Shown: piece after piece, positions 49,096 through 59,587 of the stretch
How the letters are laid out: every line of letters starts with the position of its first letter
Numbering within the stretch: position 1 is the stretch's first letter
Made by a program: the position numbers and the translations under genes
From: Alphaproteobacteria bacterium
GTDB lineage: Bacteria > Pseudomonadota > Alphaproteobacteria > UBA7985
DNA: 64,000 bases
Reading direction: 5' to 3'
NCBI GenBank assembly: GCA_965661545.1
Contig: CBFIEF010000013.1
Coordinates: 1,393 to 65,392 of the forward strand
Notes under the pieces: model-generated
The model's input: the letters and a program-made list of their open reading frames with translations, nothing else
Told to the model about the DNA's origin: nothing
The model's database searches: none

Positions 49096-50118
49096 TTAGA
49101 GAGCTGCCAGAACAGCGTCAGCTACGTCATCGTCAACCCAAGCGGTCCAGAGGTCCTGGTGCTCGCGCAGGAAGTGCTTAGCCGTTTCAGCTGCGGAAGC
49201 CTGGTTGGAAGCCATCCAGCCGTCCATAGCGCCGAGAATGCCCATTGGCAGTTCACGAGCGAGGATGAAGTCGTAAGCACCCGTGTCACGCAGCGCTGGG
49301 TTCGTAGCGGTTGCGATGTCAGAAGGGGTCCAAGATGTTGGCGTAACTTCACAGGTATCTGGAAGGCGGCCTTCGTCACGGTACTTCGTTACACAATCGT
49401 TCCAGAACGCAGGTGTTACGGTATCTACACCCCAATCAAGGGAAACCAGCTCGTTCTCAATCGCAACAGCGGTTGGAGTCCAGTAGTAGCCGATCCAGTA
49501 ACCGTTGGACACGTTAGCGTCTACGATGATGGAGTTCATGCCCTCGAAGGAACCTGGGTTCTCAAGAGTCCAGCCCTTGTCGTCCATTTCCCACAGGTCA
49601 AAGAGCGCAGCGTTGCTGTGCTCACAACCCCAGCCAATACCAATTGGACAGCCGTAGAACGCGCCGGAGCCGTCAACGGTTGGGGAAGGGAACAGGTCTG
49701 GGCGAGCCAGAACTTCTGCAACAGTGTCAAGCTCTGGGAAATCTTCTGCAAACGCAGGAGAAACGTACCAGAATTCACCAGCCTCAGGGAAAGGCTTACC
49801 GGTCAGTTCGATTTCGCCATCAGCGATGGAGTCATTCAGAACGTCCTGGTCAACACCAAGGTTCCAGAATTCGGAAACCACAACAGCGTTGTCAGCACCC
49901 TGAGCCAGAGCAATCGTCTGAGTCGTAGAAGTAGGGGTAACAGTTACGGTACAGCCGTAACCGTGCTCCAGAACGAAACCGTCGATCTGAGCGAGAATCT
50001 GAGCGGTGGACCAGTTGGCTTCGCCAACGGTTACTTCACCACACTCGGCGTTAGCCGTAGCGCTAAAACCAAAAGCGGCTGTAGCGATAGAAGCTGCGAT
50101 AAGCGCTAGCTTTTTCAT
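49096..50118 (-). CDS. proX: Glycine betaine-binding periplasmic protein
   Basis: Signal peptide MKKLALIAASIATAAFGFSATANA; OpuAC family; RBS GGGAGGA. Confidence 0.8.
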   Translation of the reverse strand: MKKLALIAASIATAAFGFSATANAECGEVTVGEANWSTAQILAQIDGFVLEHGYGCTVTVTPTSTTQTIALAQGADNAVVVSEFWNLGVDQDVLNDSIADGEIELTGKPFPEAGEFWYVSPAFAEDFPELDTVAEVLARPDLFPSPTVDGSGAFYGCPIGIGWGCEHSNAALFDLWEMDDKGWTLENPGSFEGMNSIIVDANVSNGYWIGYYWTPTAVAIENELVSLDWGVDTVTPAFWNDCVTKYRDEGRLPDTCEVTPTSWTPSDIATATNPALRDTGAYDFILARELPMGILGAMDGWMASNQASAAETAKHFLREHQDLWTAWVDDDVADAVLAAL

Positions 50119-50647
50119 GTGTATGTCCTCCCGAGACATTATTTTTCATGGGTGCAAAAAACGCAGAGCTCCTCCTCCGCGTCTGAACCAAGCGCAACGT
50201 AAGTAATAATGACCAATTGAGTCAAACCTTTCTCCCACAGATGTCAGTGGAATTGCCTCACTTTTCGCCTCCTTGCCTCTTGTTGTCGCTTTCGTGAAAT
50301 GAGTTGTCGCTTTGGTCGCGAAATTTTCACACTCTTAAGATGATTTCACACGGCATATGGTTACTTTAGGGGGATGCTGGTCGGACCATTTTCTTAGATT
50401 GCGTCTCAGATTTACAGAAATATCGCTGATTTTGTGCGAACTGTGACGGTTTTTCCTTAGCGGAACGTCAAACTGGCTTAGCCAAAGAAAGTCTAGTTTT
50501 GGCGGCTTATCGCACGAAAAATACGGGTCGCTCTTGAGACAAGAGGCCCGGCAAGCCCCTTCTTTGGGGGCGAACAGAAAAAAGGCTCGACCACGCGGTC
50601 GCGCAGCAGAGCCTTGATACAGAAGTACCGTCGTCAAAGACCGTGAT

Positions 50648-51955
50648 TTAGGCGGACAGAACGGTCCGGTACATCTCTCCGATTCTCTGAATATCGGCCT
50701 CGGTCAGGATCAAAGGCGGCGACATGGCCAAGCTGTCCCCGATTGGGCGACAGGAAATGCCCTCGTCCCACAACTTCTCAAACGCCGCACGACCGCGCGC
50801 GCCGACAACGTCACCGCTTTCCAGCTGAATTGCGCCGACCAAGCCGATGTTTCGTACATCAATAACGCCCGGCAGATCGCTCAAGCCGTGCAGCATGTCT
50901 TCCCACGGCTTTTCCATCTTCGCAGCGTGCTCAAAGATTTTCTCGTCACGATACAGGTCGATGGTCGCAATCGCGGCGGCGCACGCCAATGGATGCCCGG
51001 AATAGGTGTAGCCGTGGAACAAGTCCGGCATGGTCTCTGGCCCGGCAAGGAAGGCTTCACGCACGTCCCCGGTGGTAAAGACACCGCCCAGCGGCACGGT
51101 TGCATTGGTAATGCCCTTGGCCACCGTCATCATATCCGGTGTCACGCCGAACTTTTGATAGGCAAAAGCTGTCCCCAACCGGCCAAAGCCACTGATGACT
51201 TCATCGAAGATCAGCAAAATGCCGTGGCGGTCGCAAATCTCGCGCAAACGCTCCAAATAGCCAACCGGCGGCGGGAACACGCCCCCTGCCCCGGAAACCG
51301 GCTCAACGATGCACGCCGCAACGTTGTGCGCGCCATAGGTCTGGCAGATTTCCTCCAGATCGTCCGCCAAGTGCGCGCCGTGCTCTGGCATGCCGCGCGA
51401 AAATGCGTTGTCTGGCATAATATGAGTGTGACGCATGTGCTTGGCGTCGGGGTACAGCGTGCCGTACTGGCCCTTATTCAGGCCGATGCCGCCGACGCTC
51501 AAACCGCCGAAATTAATGCCGTGATAGGCCTTCTGACGCCCGACCAAGATCCGCCGCTGGCCCTCGCCACGCGCTGAATGATAGGCCAGCGCGATTTTCA
51601 GCGCCGTATCAACCGCCTCAGACCCGGAATTGGTGAAGAAGATATGGTCGAACTCCGGCGTCATCTCCGTCAGCCGGTTTGCGGCTTCAAAGGCGATGGC
51701 GTGGCCCTGATTGAAGTTGTGCGCGAAATCCAGCGTTTCGGCTTGCTTCTGAATGGCTTCAACAATCGGTTTTCGATTGTGACCGGCGTTACAGCACCAA
51801 AGCCCCCCTGTGCCATCGATCAGCTTGTGACCTTCGATGGTGGTGTAGTGGATCCCATCGGCGCCGCCGATGATGCGGGGATTATCCTTGAACCAGCGGC
51901 TTGCCGTGAATGGCATCCAAAAGGCATCGAGGTTGTTTGGCAACTGTACGTTCAT
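50648..51955 (-). CDS. Class III (omega) aminotransferase (beta-alanine/omega-amino acid:pyruvate type)
   Basis: PLP-dependent class III motifs (DEVISGFGRLG…KGITNATVPLGG). Confidence 0.85.
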   Translation of the reverse strand: MNVQLPNNLDAFWMPFTASRWFKDNPRIIGGADGIHYTTIEGHKLIDGTGGLWCCNAGHNRKPIVEAIQKQAETLDFAHNFNQGHAIAFEAANRLTEMTPEFDHIFFTNSGSEAVDTALKIALAYHSARGEGQRRILVGRQKAYHGINFGGLSVGGIGLNKGQYGTLYPDAKHMRHTHIMPDNAFSRGMPEHGAHLADDLEEICQTYGAHNVAACIVEPVSGAGGVFPPPVGYLERLREICDRHGILLIFDEVISGFGRLGTAFAYQKFGVTPDMMTVAKGITNATVPLGGVFTTGDVREAFLAGPETMPDLFHGYTYSGHPLACAAAIATIDLYRDEKIFEHAAKMEKPWEDMLHGLSDLPGVIDVRNIGLVGAIQLESGDVVGARGRAAFEKLWDEGISCRPIGDSLAMSPPLILTEADIQRIGEMYRTVLSA

Positions 51956-51958
51956 TGT

Positions 51959-53092
51959 CTACCATTCAATGTCATCAAAGTTTGTATCACCCAGGGCGGG
52001 TGCAGCTTTGTCGACCTTCAACGAAGCGTCAGAAAACTTCAAGGGTGTTCGCAATCCGGGAACCCCTTCCGGGTCGATCCGAACGCCCCGATGCAGAAAT
52101 TGAGGGTCCGCGTGTGCTTCTTCGATTGAATTGATGGGGCCGGCTGGGACGCCAGCGGCGGTGAGTTGGTCGATCAAATCCTGACGGGCAAAGGCCGCCG
52201 TCGCCGTATTGAGAACTGCCGCCATATCTTCCAAGTTTGCCACGCGCGCAGCGTTGCTCTCGAACTTTTCCGAAGCCGCAACGTCGGGAATGTTCAAAAC
52301 TCCACACAGCGACTGAAACTGCCGATCGTTGCCGGTGGCAATGATGATATGGCCGTCACTGCATTGATACGTCTCATACGGCACTAAATTCGGGTGCCGG
52401 TTGCCGAACCGCTTGGGGGAGATGCCGGAGACCATGTAATTCAGCCCCTGATTCGCCAAAACCGCGGACATGGTATCGAACAGGGCCAAATCCACTTCTT
52501 GGCCCCGCCCAGTCTCGGCCCGCAGTTTTAACGCCGCCTGAATACCGATCACGCCATAGATCCCGGTCAGAATGTCGGCGAAGGCCACGCCCATTTTCTG
52601 CGGCTCGCGATCTGCCGGACCGGTGATGTCCATGATCCCGCTCATGCCCTGAACCAGCAAATCATAGCCCGGCTGGCTGGCCCGTGGCCCGTCCTGACCA
52701 AAGCCCGTGATCGAGGCATAAACCACCGCCGGGTTCGTCTCGGCAATGCTGGGATAATCCAAGGCAAACTTGTCCAGCCCACCCTTTTTGTAATTCTGGA
52801 TGACAACATCCGCCTGCGCCGCCAGCTTCTGAACGGCGGCGAGATCGTCAGCGTCCTTTAAATTAGCGATAATCGACCGCTTGCCACGGTTACAGGCAAA
52901 GTAATAGGCCGCTGTCTTCTCGCCATCACGCTCGATGAAGGGTGGCCCCCAGCGTCGGGTGTCATCCCCCGCTGGCGCTTCAATCTTCACAACATCAGCG
53001 CCCATATCGGCCAAAGTCTGACCGATCCACGGCCCCGCCAGAATACGGGACAGGTCCAGAACCTTTAGCCCCTCATAAGGATAAGTCGTCAC
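51959..53092 (-). CDS. Family III CoA-transferase (CaiB/BaiF family)
   Basis: …LKVLDLSRILAGPW… N-terminus, catalytic Asp region. Confidence 0.8.
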   Translation of the reverse strand: MTTYPYEGLKVLDLSRILAGPWIGQTLADMGADVVKIEAPAGDDTRRWGPPFIERDGEKTAAYYFACNRGKRSIIANLKDADDLAAVQKLAAQADVVIQNYKKGGLDKFALDYPSIAETNPAVVYASITGFGQDGPRASQPGYDLLVQGMSGIMDITGPADREPQKMGVAFADILTGIYGVIGIQAALKLRAETGRGQEVDLALFDTMSAVLANQGLNYMVSGISPKRFGNRHPNLVPYETYQCSDGHIIIATGNDRQFQSLCGVLNIPDVAASEKFESNAARVANLEDMAAVLNTATAAFARQDLIDQLTAAGVPAGPINSIEEAHADPQFLHRGVRIDPEGVPGLRTPLKFSDASLKVDKAAPALGDTNFDDIEW

Positions 53093-53114
53093 AGCAGCGC
53101 ACCTTTCTCTGTGC

Positions 53115-54293
53115 CTAGAAGAAAGCCTGCAAACCCGTCTGTGCCCGACCCAAAATCAGCGCATGGACATCGTGCGTGCCTTCATAGGTGTTTACCGTCT
53201 CAAGGTTCGCCGCGTGGCGCATGATGTGGTAGCCGATTTGAATGCCGTTACCGCCGTGCATGTCACGACTCATCCGGGCAATGTCCAAAGCCTTGCCGCA
53301 GTTATTCCGCTTCATGATGGAGATCATCTCCGGCGACATCTTGCCCGCATCCATCAATCGACCGACCCGCAGGGAGCCTTGCAGGCCAAGCGCGATTTCC
53401 GTCTGCATGTCCGCGAGTTTTTTCTGGAACAATTGCGTCGCGGCCAGCGGGCGGTCGAACTGCTTGCGGTCCATGCCGTAAGCGTGCGCGCGCAGCCAGC
53501 AATCTTCTGCCGCGCCCATCGCGCCCCATGAAATGCCATAGCGGGCCGAGTTCAAACAGCTGAACGGCCCTTTCAGCCCTTCGACGTTGGGCAAAATCGC
53601 GTCTTCACCGACTTCGACGCCCTCCATAACGATTTCACCGGTCACAGAAGCGCGCAGGGACAGTTTGCCCTCAATCTTTGGCGCACTCAGTCCCGCCATG
53701 CCTTTCTCAAGCACAAAGCCCTTGATCCGGTCTCCGTGGTCTTCGGATTTTGCCCAAACGACAAAGACATCCGCAATCGGCGCGTTTGAGATCCACATTT
53801 TGGAACCAGTCAGCCGATAGCCCGTCGCGGTCTTTTCCGCGCGGGTCTTCATGGAACCGGGGTCTGACCCGGCCTCAGGCTCTGTCAAACCAAAACAGCC
53901 GATCCATTCGCCACTGGCCAGCTTGGGCAGAAACTTCATCTTCTGTTCTTCGGTGCCGAATTGGTTGATCGGGTGCATTACCAGCGAGGATTGCACCGAG
54001 GCCATCGAGCGATAGCCGCTGTCTACGCGCTCAATCTCCCGCGCGACCAAGCCGTAAGAGACATAGGACGCACCGACGCCGCCGTATTGCTCGGGAATGG
54101 TGACGCCCAGCATACCCGCCTGCCCCATGAGCCGAAACAAACCCGGCTCGACGCCTTCGTTCATATACATATCTTCGACGCGCGTTTGCAGCTCGGCTGC
54201 GGCAAAGGCCTTAGCGCTATCGCGGATCATGCTCTCTTCTTCGTTAAGCTGATCATCGAGTAAAAACGGGTCGTCCCACTGAAAAGCCGGCAC
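53115..54293 (-). CDS. gcdH: Glutaryl-CoA dehydrogenase
   Basis: [14 protein letters not shown]-terminus typical of GCDH; ACAD fold. Confidence 0.8.
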   Translation of the reverse strand: MPAFQWDDPFLLDDQLNEEESMIRDSAKAFAAAELQTRVEDMYMNEGVEPGLFRLMGQAGMLGVTIPEQYGGVGASYVSYGLVAREIERVDSGYRSMASVQSSLVMHPINQFGTEEQKMKFLPKLASGEWIGCFGLTEPEAGSDPGSMKTRAEKTATGYRLTGSKMWISNAPIADVFVVWAKSEDHGDRIKGFVLEKGMAGLSAPKIEGKLSLRASVTGEIVMEGVEVGEDAILPNVEGLKGPFSCLNSARYGISWGAMGAAEDCWLRAHAYGMDRKQFDRPLAATQLFQKKLADMQTEIALGLQGSLRVGRLMDAGKMSPEMISIMKRNNCGKALDIARMSRDMHGGNGIQIGYHIMRHAANLETVNTYEGTHDVHALILGRAQTGLQAFF

Positions 54294-54426
54294 AGGGCAA
54301 TTCCTTCCATTACAGATTCATTCTTGCGTATGGAAAGCAGTCTAAACCCGTCGCCAACCAATAGAAAAGGACGAAAGGTTCAGCAACGTCGTCGCAGCAG
54401 ATTTATTAGTGAAACGCGTCAGTCTG

Positions 54427-54810
54427 TTAGTCTGGCTTACAGAACTGTAGATAAAGCATCGCCACGAGTTCTTGGGCGAACGAGTCTTCGAGGCTGTAAT
54501 AGATGAATTTCTCATCACGCCGCGCCGAAACCAAGCCGGAAAGCTTTAAACGGTTCAGGTGGTGCGAGGTCAAACTCTGCTTTGCGCCAACCTTATTCGA
54601 GAGATCCGTAACCGTCTGTTCACCATCAATCAGATTGCACAGCAGCATCAGGCGCATCGGCGTCGCGATTGCTTTTAGATAGTCGCAAGCAGCCTCCGCC
54701 TTCACCACCATCACTTTGGGATCGATTATCGTATCAGGTGATTGATTACCGGTAACTTCCATGACTGTCTCCGCGTCATAGCCTTTCAAAACATGGTCAA
54801 CTATGGTCAA
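54427..54810 (-). CDS. ArsR/SmtB-family transcriptional regulator
   Basis: …MRLMLLCNLIDGEQTVTDLSNKVGAKQSLTSHHLNRLKLSGLV… winged HTH. Confidence 0.7.
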   Translation of the reverse strand: MTIVDHVLKGYDAETVMEVTGNQSPDTIIDPKVMVVKAEAACDYLKAIATPMRLMLLCNLIDGEQTVTDLSNKVGAKQSLTSHHLNRLKLSGLVSARRDEKFIYYSLEDSFAQELVAMLYLQFCKPD

Positions 54811-55289
54811 CTAATGACACGTTCGCCACCAGCCAAAGAGCGTCTGCGACCGCAGTCGTTCTCCATGAGTTGTTTGCTTCAAGCTAATGATAGGTTCGGT
54901 AACTTTAAAGTGCGAAGGACAAAAATTTAGGTATTTTTTGCTATTCGGTCACTTGTGACGACCCTGATGTGCGACTTTCGTTAACTTCCGGCTCGTCCCT
55001 ATGAAAACAGGAAAATTTTATATTTCTCGGAAGCCGATTTAGTCACAGGCCAAGGCGGCATTTTGCGAGTCTTAGGGAAATCTCAGATTGGGATGGCTCG
55101 GGCAAATTGCACTCGATATTGCGACAGAATACAGGCGTCGCCCCTAAAAGCACCGCCTCGACGCAGCATTTTCTCAACAAACAACCCATTCTAGGGCGTT
55201 GATTATTCCAAAGGATTATACGCCTTCTGGCATGGCAAATGCATGGTTATGCGTATTAACGGGCTTCGGCTCACAATTTGAGTTTTGCA

Positions 55290-55889
55290 ATGTTGGCGTC
55301 GATTTTTCATGGCGCGCAAGGCTTGTTTATTTGGACTTTGGATTGGCTCAGTTTTGGAGCCAGCGGCCCTATGGGCTCAGATTTGTTGGACACGGCAGAC
55401 ACATCCGCTTCGCATTTGAACGATGTCTCCCGTTTTCAACTTATACCCAAAGGAAGCTTTGAACAGGTTGACCGCACAAGCGTATTGGATCAGGTCGCGG
55501 CCTGGACTGAAAATGCCCCTGCCCCCAGTTTGGAGCCGGAAGAGACCACAGTGTTGGGCGCTGCTGCGTGGGTCGAATCATCCGAGGAATCGGATGCTGA
55601 CCTCATCCTGCAATTTGCTCTCGGGGACGCCAATGGCTTGTCCCTGGAAATGCTGTACGCAATCAGCGATGATGTCTCTGGCACAGACGCTTTTAGCCCT
55701 CTCATCCAACCTGCGATGGCCATAGAGCTCAACGATGACGAAACCGCCGCACAAATCACACTGACCGGCACCGCCAATACGGGCTTTGACGAGGTGTATG
55801 TGCCGCTGGTCTTTGACGTAATCGATGACTTGGGCGACCTGACGACCGTCAACACGACCATCGGCCTTTGGAATACAGATCTGATTTAG
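55290..55889 (+). CDS. Acidic hypothetical protein (start uncertain)
   Basis: GC3-rich ORF; D/E/T-rich; no family recognised; apparent paralogue of the next gene. Confidence 0.45.
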   Translation: MLASIFHGAQGLFIWTLDWLSFGASGPMGSDLLDTADTSASHLNDVSRFQLIPKGSFEQVDRTSVLDQVAAWTENAPAPSLEPEETTVLGAAAWVESSEESDADLILQFALGDANGLSLEMLYAISDDVSGTDAFSPLIQPAMAIELNDDETAAQITLTGTANTGFDEVYVPLVFDVIDDLGDLTTVNTTIGLWNTDLI

Positions 55890-55967
55890 TCGCGGTTTAG
55901 CCTTGTTTTTGAGCCCGTTCTCCGTTTAGGGAGTGGTCGTCATTGATTATCGCGTGCTCTCTGTGAA

Positions 55968-56594
55968 ATGAATGGTCTCCTCGCGTTTGCCGGACAAGTG
56001 TTCCTGCCAATCTCTCAGATGGCCCTATGGGTTCTGGGACTGCGTGACCGTGCCGAGACTGAAGGTACATCTGAGCCGATCGAGCTTGAGGTCACAGCCG
56101 CAGAAAATCAGGATTTTTTGCCCCTGGGCCAGCAAGACCTGCCACCGGGCGCGTTTCCACAATTGGAAGTGGACTTTCAAACGTACGATGGCTCAACCAA
56201 TTGGGACGTTTCGCTGGCAGACCCCACCATCGACAGTCCTACCACCCTCTCTAGCGCCTATGCCCGTAAAACAGCAGGCGCCGTTGAGGGCGAATATGAG
56301 CTGTTGGTGCATGTGATCGTGTCGGACAACAACGGGCTCACAAAACCCCAGCTGGAACAGTCCGCCATGACCAGCTTGACGCTGGCCCAGAGTTTCTTCA
56401 AAGGCGCCGCGACAGCCGATATCAGCATCGATTTTATCAGCGCGAACAGCGTTCAAATCGAATGGATGGGAGCGATGGCCAACGCAGAAGATCGGCTTTA
56501 CTACCCCCTCCATCTGGACGTCGATGACCGCGAGGGCTTCACCCAGGCGCTGGATGCTCAAGTTCCCATCCTCAGCGACGCACTCAGCCTCTAA
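55968..56594 (+). CDS. Acidic hypothetical protein, paralogue of the upstream gene
   Basis: Similar composition and C-terminal block (GEYELLVHVIVSDNNGL…); hydrophobic N-terminus; followed by a strong terminator. Confidence 0.5.
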   Translation: MNGLLAFAGQVFLPISQMALWVLGLRDRAETEGTSEPIELEVTAAENQDFLPLGQQDLPPGAFPQLEVDFQTYDGSTNWDVSLADPTIDSPTTLSSAYARKTAGAVEGEYELLVHVIVSDNNGLTKPQLEQSAMTSLTLAQSFFKGAATADISIDFISANSVQIEWMGAMANAEDRLYYPLHLDVDDREGFTQALDAQVPILSDALSL

Positions 56595-56606
56595 CATCCC
56601 AACAAA

Positions 56607-56644
56607 GAAAAGGGGGTCCAACGTGTGCTGGACCCCCTTTTTAC
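56607..56644. terminator. Bidirectional rho-independent terminator
   Basis: aaaGGGGGTCCAacgtgtgcTGGACCCCCttttt. Confidence 0.8.
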
Positions 56645-56677
56645 TGTGTGACACGCAGTCCTAACGGCTGCGGCGGT

Positions 56678-57778
56678 CTACCAACCCGAAAGCGGATCGA
56701 CCGCAACCGTCGGAGCGGTTGTCTGATTTCCATTTTGAATGGACTCCAGCAAACGCAGAGTTTCTTCGGTGAGTGGAGCGGCATCGACCGATCCACTCAC
56801 CAAGCCAGCGCCAATGGACGTACTTCCGGTGTTTGCTACTCCAGCACGAGCTGCAGACCCGGTTGTGCCCCCATAATAGGCACTGGTACCTACACCGTAC
56901 GCAGCGGTCGCAGTACCGCCGCTGGTGTATCCTGTTGCCACACCACCATAGACTTGGCCGACTGAACCCGCGTTAACCGCGTTCAGGTCGTAACCGTTGC
57001 TGGTGTAAGCTTGACCGTTTTCATTGAACTGCACCAAGCCGGACTGATAGCCCTGCTGAAGCTGTTCTTCGGTGACGTAGCCCTGCAAAACGTACTGCTG
57101 CTGTGCGTACTGCCGCACATACTGCTGCTGGACTTGCTGGACTTTCTGGACCTGTTTAACCGTCCGCTGAACCTGCTGTTGGGCAGCAGGTTGAACGGTT
57201 AACTTCTGAATGACCTCAATCTTCTGCTGCTGAGCAGGCTGTGGCGCGACGGAAACCGGCGCGGCACAGTTCAGAGGCCCTTGGCCGATCACACGGATCT
57301 GCGCCAACTCGATGTCCAGCTTGTAGGAGCTGTTGGTATCACGCCACAGATCCTTGACCATGTCAGCCAAGCTGCTGGTCCGACGCGACACAAGAGCGTT
57401 GCCCTCGTCCTGCTGACGGTACGTGAGACGGAGCGTCGAGCGACCCGCTTCGAGCGTATCCATCAACGCCCGCATCCCGCTTTTGGACTGGTCCGTCAAC
57501 TCAACGGATGATCCATTAAACGCACAGCCGTTCAAGGACAGCTCAACCACCCGTGCAATCTGCACACCGAAGTTGACCTTGGTCATCTTACCAGCCGTCA
57601 AGCGGACCACCCGCGGGTTCTCGGAAGTGACGCGGAAACCAGAAGGCGCACGACGCTCATCGAGCTTGAGGACAATGTTCGAACCGATATCCTGATCCGG
57701 CAGCGACGCACACGGTACATGGTAGCGACCTTTGCTATCCGTCCGGATGGTCTTGGCCGCACCGTCCACCAGCGCCAC
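56678..57778 (-). CDS. Low-complexity Gln-rich / Gly-Thr-Ser-Tyr-rich protein with a Cna-B/CarboxypepD_reg-like N-terminal segment; probably 5'-truncated
   Basis: GTG start directly abutting an AT-rich segment; N-terminus …TDSKGRYHV…; Q-rich VQQVQQQYVRQYAQQQYV block; GC3-rich codons. Confidence 0.45.
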   Translation of the reverse strand: MALVDGAAKTIRTDSKGRYHVPCASLPDQDIGSNIVLKLDERRAPSGFRVTSENPRVVRLTAGKMTKVNFGVQIARVVELSLNGCAFNGSSVELTDQSKSGMRALMDTLEAGRSTLRLTYRQQDEGNALVSRRTSSLADMVKDLWRDTNSSYKLDIELAQIRVIGQGPLNCAAPVSVAPQPAQQQKIEVIQKLTVQPAAQQQVQRTVKQVQKVQQVQQQYVRQYAQQQYVLQGYVTEEQLQQGYQSGLVQFNENGQAYTSNGYDLNAVNAGSVGQVYGGVATGYTSGGTATAAYGVGTSAYYGGTTGSAARAGVANTGSTSIGAGLVSGSVDAAPLTEETLRLLESIQNGNQTTAPTVAVDPLSGW

Positions 57779-57945
57779 GATGCGTGAATAATGATTAATT
57801 AGTTATTTTAGTATTTTTTTAGTGGTAAGCGCAGTGTTTTTCACTGAAAGCCTATCGCATTCTAAGGATTTTGCCGTGATGCTAAGATTATCCGTTGAAC
57901 ACATAATTTCTTATTCTGCACAGAGCATTTGCATTCTCGAAATGC

Positions 57946-58662
57946 CTAGAACAGGCTACTCAAACGCTGCATTTGGCGGCCACTGCTGTCAAAATTGCGA
58001 TCAGAGAGCCACGCTGTATACGCCTGCTTCAAGCGCGGCCACTCGGTATCCAAGATGCTCCACCACGCGGTGTTTCGGTTTCTGCCATGGTTTATCTGGT
58101 CCTGCCGAAACGTCCCCTCAAAAGTAAAACCCAGCCGACGCGCCGTGTTCATAGAAGGCAGATTATCAGCGTTGCACTTCCACTCGTATCTCCGATATTG
58201 CAAAACCTCAAAAACGTGCTGCATCAGCAGAAATTGCGCCTCTGTCGAGGTCCGGGAGCGGGCCATTTGTGGCGGGAAGCGCACGAAGCCAACCTCTATC
58301 GATCCAGCCTCAGGGCGAATGCGCAGGAAGCTAAATTGGCCTGTTGCAACGGGCGGCAAGTCCGCTGCTTCGTCAGTCGGAATCACCACGTATGTCAGGT
58401 TATCGACGGCACTGTCGTAGCTTTTCCAGTCTTGGATAAATTCGTCTTTGGTGGCGAACGGTCCGTGGCCCGCCAGAAACATCCACTGCCGGCGCTCCGG
58501 ATCTGCAACAGCCATTTGGTCCCATAAGTCTTGCCCGTGCCGCTCAAAATCCAGCGGCTCCAGACGACAATATCGGCCCGTCATCACCGTCGGTTCGGGT
58601 CGAGACCACGCTGGATGGTCCACCAAAGGCCCTAATTCGTTCATCCAAGGGGGAGTTTTCAT
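57946..58662 (-). CDS. GNAT-family N-acetyltransferase (RimJ/RimL-like)
   Basis: …YRRYEWKCNADNLPSMNTARRLGFTFEGTFRQ… acetyl-CoA-binding core. Confidence 0.7.
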   Translation of the reverse strand: MKTPPWMNELGPLVDHPAWSRPEPTVMTGRYCRLEPLDFERHGQDLWDQMAVADPERRQWMFLAGHGPFATKDEFIQDWKSYDSAVDNLTYVVIPTDEAADLPPVATGQFSFLRIRPEAGSIEVGFVRFPPQMARSRTSTEAQFLLMQHVFEVLQYRRYEWKCNADNLPSMNTARRLGFTFEGTFRQDQINHGRNRNTAWWSILDTEWPRLKQAYTAWLSDRNFDSSGRQMQRLSSLF

Positions 58663-58701
58663 CGCTGAACTTCTCTGGCTTAGGTCATAACGTGTTGCGT
58701 C

Positions 58702-59577
58702 TTAGCTCCGTGCGCCACGCAAATTGATTGAGACGATACCCAGTAACACGAGCGGTAGTCCAATGAACGCAAAGCTTGTCCACTGGTAGCCCTCGACCAC
58801 GGTCGAAATCATCAGCGCAAACGGCGGAAAAATCACCGTAGCATAGGCCGCCCGGCTCGCCCCAATCCGTCCCAGCAGTGTCAAGTAGGCGCTAAAGGCC
58901 AATACGCTCGAGAACACGGCCAGCCATAGCCCCCCGCCGATATAGCGCCAGCTCATCTCGATCATAAGCTCGTGCCCACGCAGCAGGCTAACGATGAACA
59001 TAAACCCAGCACCGTAGAGCATGCCCCATGCTGTGGACCCAATCACCGGCAGGTCTCGGCGCTGCGCAGCGCTGGAAATCATGTTGCCGGTGCAGAAGCT
59101 AAAGGTGCCGCACAAACACAGCGCCAACGCACCCAAAGCCGCCCGTGAGCTCGCAATCTCTGGCCAATACAGCAGCAGCACGCCGCCAAACCCCAAAACG
59201 GCGGCGACCAGCCCGAGCAGGCGGATACGCGTACGGAACAGAACAGAGCCGTAGAACAGATTGACCAGCGAAGCACTGGCAAACACAACGGCGAGCAGGC
59301 CAGACGCCAGCGACTGACTGGCGTAATAGAACAGGGCAAAGTTGGTGGAGAACAGGAACACGCCCAGCGCCATCGCCACCCCGTGCCCCCACAGCGGCAG
59401 CGCCAAGCGGCGCTTAGTAAGCCAGCCGATGAGGAACATCAGCGATCCGGCGAGAACAAAGCGCCAGATCAGCGAGACTTCCGGGGCGACAGTGCCGACT
59501 TGCCATTTCAGTGGCAGCCAGCTTGACGACCACCCAATGACAACAAAGCCGTACAGGACGAAATCAAACGGCTTCAC
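58702..59577 (-). CDS. DMT superfamily (EamA) transporter
   Basis: Ten TM helices, duplicated EamA domain. Confidence 0.75.
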   Translation of the reverse strand: MKPFDFVLYGFVVIGWSSSWLPLKWQVGTVAPEVSLIWRFVLAGSLMFLIGWLTKRRLALPLWGHGVAMALGVFLFSTNFALFYYASQSLASGLLAVVFASASLVNLFYGSVLFRTRIRLLGLVAAVLGFGGVLLLYWPEIASSRAALGALALCLCGTFSFCTGNMISSAAQRRDLPVIGSTAWGMLYGAGFMFIVSLLRGHELMIEMSWRYIGGGLWLAVFSSVLAFSAYLTLLGRIGASRAAYATVIFPPFALMISTVVEGYQWTSFAFIGLPLVLLGIVSINLRGARS

Positions 59578-59587
59578 GCCGCCTCGC

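Noticed and set aside
49084-50109. 341-aa ORF antisense to proX
   Set aside because: Shadow ORF.
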